Source: Alphaproteobacteria bacterium CG11_big_fil_rev_8_21_14_0_20_44_7
GTDB lineage: Bacteria > Pseudomonadota > Alphaproteobacteria > Rickettsiales > 21-14-0-20-44-7
Assembly: GCA_002787615.1 (NCBI GenBank)
Contig: PCXJ01000100.1
Span: forward strand, 1-32,582
Reading direction: 5' to 3'
DNA length: 32,582 nt
The stretch's first letter is position 1. Every line of letters begins with the position of its first letter. Below, in pieces: positions 16,059 to 26,200 of this stretch. The notes below the pieces were generated by a model, which made no database searches, was not told the origin of the DNA, and saw only the letters and a program-made list of their open reading frames with translations. A program made the translations under genes and the position numbers.

Positions 16059-17141
16059 TTAGGAAGCTTCTTCCAGCGCCGCATCTGGTGCTTTTTCAGC
16101 CACTTTAGACTTCGGCTTCTCAACATCATCCGCAACCGGAAAACCGCTCATCACTTCTTGCAGGCTTTCTTCATTGCCGCGAATTTTTGCTTCAAGCGCG
16201 GCGGATTTTTCCGGATTATCCTTGAGCCACTGCTTGGCATTTTCCTTACCTTGTCCGATTCTTTCGGAATCATACGAGAACCACGAACCTGCTTTCTCGA
16301 TAAATCCGGCTTTCACGCCCAAATCTATCAATTCACCCTCGCGTGAAATTCCACTACCATACATGATTTCGATTTCGACTTGTTTGAATGGTGGCGATAC
16401 TTTGTTTTTCACAACTTTGATGCGGGTTTGGTTGCCGATAATTTCTTCCTTATCTTTCACCGCGCCGATTCTGCGGATATCAATACGCACGGAAGCATAG
16501 AATTTCAGCGCATTTCCGCCTGTTGTAGTTTCAGGATTACCAAACATCACGCCGATTTTTTGGCGAATCTGATTGATAAAAATAATGCTACACTGGGTTT
16601 TGTTGATTGAGCCTGTGAGTTTGCGCAATGCCTGACTCATCAGCCTTGCCTGCAATCCCATATGCGAATCACCCATTTCGCCTTCCAGCTCGGCACGCGG
16701 CACAAGCGCTGCAACTGAGTCGATAATAATCAAATCCACCGCTCCGGAGCGGGTTAATGTATCAGCGATTTCCAATGCCTGCTCACCTGTGTCGGGTTGA
16801 GAAATTAGCAATTCGGCGATATTCACCCCTAATTTTCCGGCATAAACTGGGTCAAGCGCATGCTCGGCATCAATAAACGCACAAACCAGCCCATCTTTTT
16901 GGGCTTCGGCAATCGCAGAAAGGGTTAAAGTGGTCTTACCTGAGCTTTCCGGCCCGTAAATTTCAATAACACGTCCGCGTGGAAAACCGCCAACACCCAG
17001 CGCTATATCCAGCGAGATTGAGCCGGTAGAAATCACATCCACCTTCACTCTATCGCGGCTGCCGAGCTTCATAATTGAGCCTTTACCGTATGATTTTTCA
17101 ATTTGTGCTAATGCTGAGTCTAATGCTTTTTGCCTGTCCAT
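16059..17141 (-). CDS. recA: Recombinase RecA
   Basis: 360 aa. Motifs are [27 protein letters not shown], Walker [10 protein letters not shown] and IIIDSVAAL, with L2 loop [19 protein letters not shown]. Confidence 0.98.
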   Translation of the reverse strand: MDRQKALDSALAQIEKSYGKGSIMKLGSRDRVKVDVISTGSISLDIALGVGGFPRGRVIEIYGPESSGKTTLTLSAIAEAQKDGLVCAFIDAEHALDPVYAGKLGVNIAELLISQPDTGEQALEIADTLTRSGAVDLIIIDSVAALVPRAELEGEMGDSHMGLQARLMSQALRKLTGSINKTQCSIIFINQIRQKIGVMFGNPETTTGGNALKFYASVRIDIRRIGAVKDKEEIIGNQTRIKVVKNKVSPPFKQVEIEIMYGSGISREGELIDLGVKAGFIEKAGSWFSYDSERIGQGKENAKQWLKDNPEKSAALEAKIRGNEESLQEVMSGFPVADDVEKPKSKVAEKAPDAALEEAS

Positions 17142-17232
17142 GGATTTTCCCCGAATGATTATGAATTCTTAAAATATACATAATTTCTAGCAGGGATTCC
17201 ACCTACGTGGCAAGGGGAATTTTGAAGAAAAT

Positions 17233-19296
17233 TTATCCGATAAGTGGTGAATCGACTTTTACCATATCTTGCTCGACTCTGACTTTTTCCAAGCTTAGTG
17301 CACTCACTTCCATATCGGCACTCGGTTTTCCGCTCATAACTTCTTTCACCCTGTCTTGCACTTCTTTCGGGATGCTGCTTGTTTCTTTTGACTCAGGGTT
17401 TTTGCGCTTTTCCGCCATTTCCACACTATCAGGAACGAGCTTGATGCCTTTCACCTGTTCAGCATAACGCACAGTACTAAGAGCCAAGCTGGAGGCTGTT
17501 TTATCTAAGAAAGCTTTGTCGGTTATCAAGTTATTATCATGTCTATTGCTAAGAAACCCAGTTTCCATGATAACTACCGGAACATCTGACTTCTTCAATA
17601 TCCCGACTATCCTATCGGTTTTGACACCTCTATTACGCATTGCACCTACAGGTTCACCTTCCGTCCTGCTTCCTACTATTCCGGCTTTTTCAAAATCCTC
17701 AATAGCAATTTTAGCAAATAAATATGCGCTGGAGTTAGGATTTGCCAGGATTTCTAACCCATTCGGCGATTCCTCAGGCATGGCATTTTGGTGGAACGAA
17801 ACCATGATCCCTTTTCCGCCATATTGACCATTTATAATTCTTTCGGCAAAGTCCCTTCTCGGCTCGATATCGGTTTTGACACCATCTTCATTATTCCCTT
17901 TTCTAACCTTCGAGTCAGAATGAGTAAAATATACCGCGCCGCCGCTCATTGCTATTTTTTCTGCATATGGACGAAGCTGATGAAAACATGTTTGCCACTC
18001 ATTAAAGCCAAAACCCTTGCCTCCCGGTATATTAGGGTGATTCGCGGTATGATGCCCTAAGTCAATCACAACAGCAAATTCACCTTGAGTTCTTGTCCAT
18101 TCAAATTCCTTATTCAAGTCATCCATTGCTTTGCTCATCGCCCGCCCGCCAACTTTTTCAACTCTGCCGGTTGCCCCATTCGCTAAAGATTCAACCTGAG
18201 CCAGCATTTCAGCATCGCTTAACGGACTTTCCGGTATGGGCACTGGATCATTCATTCTGTGATGACCATCATGCTCCAAATCACCGGAACGCACTGAGCG
18301 CGCCACATTTCTGTGTCTTGCAGGGTTGCCACCGCTTCTTTCAACTTCATCACCCTTACTTTCTAGCACATCTGCCAAATCTCTGCCGGTTGCCCAACTG
18401 AATATCGCAGCAATAATCGCATAGAACATCGCATCATCTGGGCTCATCTCATCAAGTTTTGAGAGAACATGCTCAGCTTCGCGCTTTTTATATTCCTCTT
18501 TGGTTTCGTTCGCTTTTTGTGGCTCTAAATCTGCGGTCAAATGGCGTTTTGCTTCCTCTGGAGTAGGATTTATTTTGCCATTCCGTGCGATTTGCGTTTC
18601 GCCTTTCTGCATTTTGATATCAGGCTTATAGGCAATTCCGTGCTCTTCAATCGCACCCATAAATTCAGGGTAAAGCTCAGCCACAGCCTTAAAATCATCA
18701 CCTAGGGCTAAATCTAGGCTCGCAGGGTCGGTGATTTCACCGGAATTGAGCTTATCGCTCACCTCATGCAATCTGTCATGCACAAGTCGGTTTGTAGCAG
18801 TGTCACCGCGCTCTTTAACCTTCATCTCACCAACAATTTCAAAAGTGAAATTCTCAGCATTATCACCTGCTATCCACGGATAATATTCCTGATTTTTCCC
18901 GCCGGAATCTAACGGTTTCACATTTGGGTCATAAACAATTTCCGCTTCACTCACGTTAGACGTAATTCCACCACCTTCCTTGTGATATTTAATCTCACCA
19001 CCCAGATATTCCAGCAATTTTGGCGTAGTATCACCAGCACTTTCGGAGTTGCCCATATAATTTGTATCCAGAACCAGTGCAGATTTTCCGGTATCATGGT
19101 TGGTCACACGGACAATATGAAATCTTGAATCTTTATTATGCAATGCCACGCTATATGGAAAATTCACCATATCCATACCCGTGGAAGTATTCACCCCCCA
19201 GGATACACCATCCCTGCTACCATGCTCAGCCCCGCCAAAATCGCCGTTATAAACGGTAGCATCGCCTGCTGTTGTATGTAACGTGGTTTTTACCAT
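17233..19296 (-). CDS. Leaderless two-domain peptidoglycan hydrolase: N-terminal RlpA/DPBB-like domain + C-terminal amidase_3 (MurNAc-L-Ala amidase)
   Basis: 687 aa. Residues ~8-85, GDATVYNGDFGG...FHIVRVTNHDTGKSALVLDTNYMG, resemble a DPBB/RlpA fold. Residues ~406-615 carry amidase_3 motifs VVIDLGHH, FNEWQ, MVSFHQNA and VVIMETGFLSN. There is no N-terminal hydrophobic segment. Confidence 0.7.
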   Translation of the reverse strand: MVKTTLHTTAGDATVYNGDFGGAEHGSRDGVSWGVNTSTGMDMVNFPYSVALHNKDSRFHIVRVTNHDTGKSALVLDTNYMGNSESAGDTTPKLLEYLGGEIKYHKEGGGITSNVSEAEIVYDPNVKPLDSGGKNQEYYPWIAGDNAENFTFEIVGEMKVKERGDTATNRLVHDRLHEVSDKLNSGEITDPASLDLALGDDFKAVAELYPEFMGAIEEHGIAYKPDIKMQKGETQIARNGKINPTPEEAKRHLTADLEPQKANETKEEYKKREAEHVLSKLDEMSPDDAMFYAIIAAIFSWATGRDLADVLESKGDEVERSGGNPARHRNVARSVRSGDLEHDGHHRMNDPVPIPESPLSDAEMLAQVESLANGATGRVEKVGGRAMSKAMDDLNKEFEWTRTQGEFAVVIDLGHHTANHPNIPGGKGFGFNEWQTCFHQLRPYAEKIAMSGGAVYFTHSDSKVRKGNNEDGVKTDIEPRRDFAERIINGQYGGKGIMVSFHQNAMPEESPNGLEILANPNSSAYLFAKIAIEDFEKAGIVGSRTEGEPVGAMRNRGVKTDRIVGILKKSDVPVVIMETGFLSNRHDNNLITDKAFLDKTASSLALSTVRYAEQVKGIKLVPDSVEMAEKRKNPESKETSSIPKEVQDRVKEVMSGKPSADMEVSALSLEKVRVEQDMVKVDSPLIG

Positions 19297-19405
19297 ATAT
19301 GCATTATACTCCTAACCTCAATCTAGCATTATCATATTACAATATTATGACATAGATGAAATATAACAAAATATCGGAAAATACGCAATTATATCTAAAA
19401 AGAAG

Positions 19406-19432
19406 AAAAAGCGGTCAAGGGAACCGCTTTTT
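19406..19432. terminator. Orphan bidirectional terminator-like hairpin in divergent intergenic region
   Basis: AAAA-AGCGGT-CAAGGGA-ACCGCT-TTTT. The genes on both sides are transcribed away from it. Confidence 0.45.
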
Positions 19433-19577
19433 CTAAGAGCTAAGGCATTTCTACTTAAAACAAATTTTAAAATTTTAGTAAAACTTGTCTTAAATATAAT
19501 TTTAATCCAATATTGTTTCAAAATGATGACATTATAATTACTTATTTAAGACAAAACGATTAACAAGCATAATAATC

Positions 19578-20243
<666 letters not shown>

Positions 20244-20244
20244 G

Positions 20245-23200
20245 CTACGCGACACCGCCCACACCTTGACTATTATCTCTCGCTAATTTGTTCAAAGTCT
20301 GCGCCTCGAGAGAATCCGCGTTCATATCATACTCACCGCGCTGATATTTATCGGCTAAATCGGCAACAACATCAATCTTTTCTGGCTGCTCAAGGCTCTT
20401 TTCAACCTCATCCCTGCTTGGAATATCAGCATTTACCTGCATTCTATGCTTGCTAATATCCTCTTCCAGAGATTTTGGCTCTTCGCTAGATAGTTTTGCT
20501 ATACGTACAATTTCTTCCAGACCCGCCTCATTTGCCTGATCTTTGCTCACCCAACCTGAGCCAAGGATATAAAATGCATTATTATCCCTACTTGCTAATT
20601 GGCTTGCTTGCGCAGGGTCATAAATTGATTGAGGGTAAATATCCTGAGGGTCAATAAAAACATCCGTTCTGGTTATTTTTGCTGAAAAGTCCAGATGAGT
20701 TGCATATCCACCATTTTTGGATTCCGGTGCGATTTTGGCAATCACCTCACCTGCTTCAACTCTTTGACCTTCCCGTACCAATTGGTCAATATGGGTTAGC
20801 TTTATATCCAAACCATTATCGGTTCTTAAAATCAGGTGATGCCCCAAAGATTTTACAATTTCACCACTATAAGGCGCAACAACCTCTTCACCGGTTTTAC
20901 CACGATAATCGCAGGCTTTATGGTCTTTGCTATAATATTTGCCGGCTTTTTCAAATTCAGGATAATATCTGCTACCAAAAACCTCTGTTATCTCCGGTGC
21001 ACGACTTGGTATAGGATTAAACTTTGAAGGCTCAAGATTTGCAACAAAATCAAAGGCATTTGCGGTTTTTATGCTTTTCGGCAAATCTTCATAAGCTTGC
21101 GCCATGGTTTTGCATTCATCTGTGATGCAATCATGCTCAGCAACGGAATTTATCGCCATACGAATTGCATATTCTGTTGTTGGCCCAAGGTCTTCATCGG
21201 CCTTAATTCCGATCTCACGCTGGAACCTCCCGACATTATTACCCATATCGGAGCTTTTTATATAACCAATCTCGCTCAGAGCAGCGATATATGTTGTTGG
21301 CTTATCCCAGTCAAATATATCCCTGATTCTGCCACGCAAATTATCGCGGGCATTTGCCAGCAACCCTCTTGGCTCGGCGGCAGGTGGAGTTTCAGCCGGA
21401 GGACGGTCAACCACATCGGTTACATTACCTTCAGCATCCCTAATAAGCGCCGTATTATCGCCCTGAGAACGCGCGGAAGCGATTAGCCTTTTTTCAGGAA
21501 TTTTCTCACCATTCATAATCGCTGCGAATTCCTGCATTTTCTCAGGCGTAATTTCGGTTTTGATATTCTGATGCGCATACATACCGTGCTGAATCACCGC
21601 ATCGCGCAAAACTGCATGCATTTTTGGCTCTAATTCGGCATTCAGGCTTTCTGCTCTTTCCGCCGCACCGTTTTTCTGACGTTCTGCCACTAATTCCGGT
21701 ACTTTTCCGCCATTTTCCGTGACCATTTGGTTATAAATCGCATCGGCCATTTTTTCGGCTCTTGCGCGCATTCTTGGCACATCAACCAATTCCGGAAAAT
21801 CATCAGGATTATTATTAAATCCTGCCTCCACCAAAAAAGCTGGCATTTTTGTTGATCTCAATACGGCAAAATTATTTGTTTTCACCCCGCGCGAGCGTAA
21901 ATCACTGGTTTGGTCAACTGCATTATTAACAGCCTCGGCATAACCTTTTGATTGCTCGCTATAATGGAAAGTTTCATATCCGGTAGCCTGCTTAGCATCT
22001 GCATCATTACTATGTAATGAGAAAAACACAGATTTTGCCTCGCCCATATCATTATTGGCAAATTCAGCGCGTGCCTGCCATGATTTCTGCAATGCACGCC
22101 GATCGGTACCACCGGAAAATCCATGGACTTTATCACCCTCGGTGGTGAAACGAACATTCACGCCTTTTGCCGCCAGCGCCTGCGCCACATAATATTGCTC
22201 AATGGATTTTTGGTCGGTTTCACTAACACCCACCGTTTTTTCATCAGGCTTTCCGCGCCCCTCAATCCCTTTATTCGGTACTACCCCGATTTTTGATTGT
22301 GCACCTGGGGCAAAATTGCCATTGATATAATCCCCATGACCGCGATCCAGATAAACCGTAAAATCACCTTTTTGGCCTTTACCTTTATTAAAAGTGAATG
22401 CTTCTGGAATTTTACTAACTGCAAAAGTTTGCGGGACAGACATCACCGGAACAACCGTTACCCTGCCCTTTTCGTCAAATAATCCAGCAGAACTTTTCGC
22501 TAATTCTGCAAAATTCGCATCCGTTTTTGGAGTCTGGGCTGGAGTCGAAGTCGGAGCTGGAGCTGGAGTCGGAGCTATTTCTGCAGATTCATATTCCTCT
22601 GTCACCTTGTTCGGGTCACTGGATGCAATTAAAACTCTTGAGCTACCCTGCGAAGGCGATTTTCCACGCTCTTTTAGCATTTCCAAATCAGCTCTATCAG
22701 TAGTATCAACTCCGCTTGGGCGCATATCTTTCGGCAAGCTATTATACCATTCGAGATACTCAATTGAATCCTGCGCATTAACGAACGTACCGCAACCGCT
22801 ATTGCCATCACTTGCATGGGTTAGCGCATTTACCGTTGAGCCTTTATGTGTGCCGACAATTTGGCGGCTTGTTGATGTACCTTGATTCGGGCCATCAGGA
22901 TGAATGCCGAATCTATCGCGACCACCTTTATATTCTTCGGGATTTTCAATTCTCTGGAAGAATCCTGCATTTTCACCGTTAATTCTGCCGAATGAATAGC
23001 CTCTCCATTCTTCTCCTTGCTTTCTGAATTCGGAAATCGCTTTTTGCGGGTCGCCCCCGTCATCAATATCAAATGTCCAGAAGCCTCGGCTATTATATTG
23101 CGTGCCCGCCAATTTAGCAGGCTTGGAGTTCAAATCCTCATAAAATGATGGCAATGCACCATAACCTTCACTCTTATCGCTACCATATCCCTTGCTTTTT

Positions 23201-26200
23201 CCGCCGCTTTTCATCGCATATTCTTTTACGAATCTGCCGTCATCATCAAAAATCACCATTTTCGCTGGAGTGCCAGTTGGACGCGGGGCTGTATCAGCCG
23301 CCATCACAATATGATATGGCCCACGGAAGCCATCTTTATCAACTGCCTGCGGATTGTTTTCTTGCTGCGGGCGATACAAAACCTGTTCTTGCTCCTGATA
23401 TCCATCAATAGCTGGCAACAAGCTTGATGAAACCCCTGTACCATCTCCTAGTGCCGATAGGCTCGGCTCTTCAGAAACATTTCCACTTGCAGGAATATTA
23501 CCAAACCCGCCCTCCTTCAATAGTGGCGCAGTGTCTTTTTTGGGTGCTGGTTTTGCTGCAACTTCCGGAGTTGGCGCTGGCACAGGTTTAGACTTGGCAA
23601 CTTCAACTTTTGCCTCGGGTTTAGGCTTGGGTTGCGGCTCTGGTGCTGCAACTACTTCTCTTTGTTGTGCCGGAGGGGCAGATGCTATCATTTGCGGCTG
23701 AAGCCCCAATGACTCACCAAATAATTCGGCAAATATATCCGTGATAATCTGATGCTTTGTCCATTCTTTTTTCTCGCCGAGGCTCAAGCGGTTGAAACGC
23801 TGCACATCGCCCTTGATTTGCGAAGGAATTTCCTGTCCTTTTTGCCATCCGGTTTGTTGGTTAAGCACAGAAGCCACGTCCAACGCATATTGCGCACCAT
23901 GTTGACGAATCCCGTCAGCGCTTATTCCCCAGTCGCGCTGGAATTGGGTAAATGCATCGTATGTTTTGCCGCCAAAAAAGCCGCCGCCTTTTTCTGACGG
24001 TGCAAGATATGGCGCAGATTTATCGGACTCACTCTTTTCCTGCATATAGCCGAGCTTCACTAGCACATCCTGAAGCTGATTTGTTTCTGCTTTAAAATCC
24101 GCCCTACCTTTGCGCGATGAATTTTTATGAAGTGGCAGAATATCATCATCATTATGCGCGGCAGAAATCTCTTTGAAATCCTTTGTGAATTTTTCTTTTA
24201 TAGCGGCAGGGTCAACAGCCTGCTTTGCGATAACAGGAACTATTTCTTGAGTGGCTGTAGATGGCTCTGAAGTTTGCGGTGCAGTTTTATCTGCAACCTT
24301 TACTGCTTCAGGTTTTGCCAAATCACCGCGCAATGCAACCACCGCATCTTGCACTTCCCTGCTATATTCGGCATAGCCTTTTTCGGCCTTATCCAACAGA
24401 TTTTTTCCAAAATCCGTCATTTGCTCATAAAACTTGGCTATCGAATAATCCACAGGTTTAGCAGTGGGTTTTTCTGGTGTTTTTGCATCGGCAACCACTG
24501 CCTCGGAAACAATATCCACAGCAGTTTCTTCCTGAGCATTCATCACCGCAAGTTGCTGCTCAATGCCGTGCGCTTCCGCTTCTTCAAGCAATTCCAACTC
24601 TGCATCGGAGCGAGTATTTTCTGCCACAACAGGCTCGGTCACTCCTGCATAATAATCTTCCTGAGATACTTGTGGCGCGGTATATTGCTCAGTACTCGCC
24701 ATAACCGTATCGCGCTCTTGCGCTGCTAGTAACATTCCGCCGTCAATATAGCCCAAACCTTTAGTGAAGGCCATTTCGGCAATTTTTGCATAAGCCTCTG
24801 GAGAATAATGAACCTTAGAATTATCACCAGCACGAGATTTACTTATATCATCATAAACGCTTTTCGGATAATCCAAGCCTTCATTTATAAAATCCTTACC
24901 AGAAGCAGCTTTACCGAGATTGCTCGCCATCAAATCAACCGCACCGATTGCAATACCTTCTGCGCGCAAATCTGCAACCACTTCCATCTGCACATCACGG
25001 ATTCTTTCGAGTTTTGGATTGGAAAGTCTTGATTCTGGGGCAGTATCAGGGAAAATCACAATTGGCTTTATGCCTGCCTCATGCACATCACGCACAAGCT
25101 GGGTGAATTTTTCACGATAAATATCATCATTTGCAGTTACAACTTCGCCTTTATGACGAACTTGCCTGTCAAGTGGATATCCGTTATTCGTGCCTTCCAT
25201 AATCACCGCATATTCGGCAGTTTTTGCAGCCTCAGAAAGAGTAATATTACCGTCTTCGGAAACTCCGGGGATTCTGCTGGTTTTCGAGTTACTATCCTCA
25301 ATACTAGCGCCTATCAGTAATCCAGAGCCGCCCTTGAAATAATCATAATCAACGACATCAAAACCTTGCTCACCCAGCTTTCTAGCAACGCCGCTCATCA
25401 AAGAATCACCGATTGGCAGAACTTTTGGCTTTCCATCTGCAAAAATCTGTTCCAATGCCGATTGGTTGGGATTTGCAGGCTGTGCAGCAGGCTCAACTTC
25501 TGCCCGACTCGGAGTATCTTCCGGTGCAAGCTTCGGTGCGGGCTGAGATGGAGGAGTTCTAAAATCCTGCGAAATCACTTCTTCGTATGATTTATCTTCC
25601 GCATTTTCCGGCATTGGCACAAATTCATAGCCACGCGCTTTGGATTTGATTACATCGCCTTCATATTTCGAGAGAAATGAATTTGCACGGTTTATCCAGC
25701 CATCATTTCCGGTATTTTTGCCGTTATCACCCTTCTTAATCCATTTATCGCGCCTATCAATTTTCGGGTCACCAAACCTGACTTCCCACTCTTCAAAAGG
25801 CTTATAATCAGGATTTGCCTTATTTTTGCGGGCAATTAGATTATCAAACTTCACATCTTTCTTATAATGCTCATGGCGGAATTCAACCATTGCATCATTG
25901 ACCAAAGACGGATTTGCTGCTGCCGCCGCATTCACCTCATTGAGCAATTTCGGATTTTTCAAACCATCATAATAAAATTGCTGAATAGCCGTATATTTCG
26001 CCTGCTCTGCATCTGTTGGTGGAATTAACCCAAAATACGGGTCATCAAACCCTGGCAAACCCGGTTCTGCACCCGGATTTGGGGTAATCTCAGTTTCGCC
26101 ATTGATTTTACGCACCGCATTATGCAGCATCCAGTTTGCCGCTGCCGGCCCTCTGTGGAATGCTGAATCAAGAAATTGGCGCTGCAAAGACGGATGCAAA

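Noticed and set aside
16035-16610. Plus-strand ORFs of 76-108 aa overlapping recA
   Set aside because: They are antisense to an unambiguous recA frame.
17142-17232. Search for a LexA/SOS box upstream of recA
   Set aside because: Neither the alphaproteobacterial GTTC-N7-GTTC nor the CTGT-N8-ACAG type is present. The only candidate is GAAT-N6-GAAT (GAATGATTATGAAT), which has the wrong spacing and half-site.
19356-19436. 26-codon ORF (MKYNKISENTQLYLKRRKSGQGNRFF) ending in the orphan hairpin
   Set aside because: There is no Shine-Dalgarno sequence, the ORF is very short, and its composition simply reflects the A-rich spacer. I kept it only as a note under the hairpin finding.
20679-25590. Numerous 60-163-aa plus-strand ORFs within the giant gene (for example 22394-22885, 24274-24729, 21097-21486)
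   Set aside because: All are nested antisense within one continuous 2124-codon frame that carries multiple enzyme motifs. None could serve as an immunity gene: they have no signal peptides, no SD and low-complexity products.
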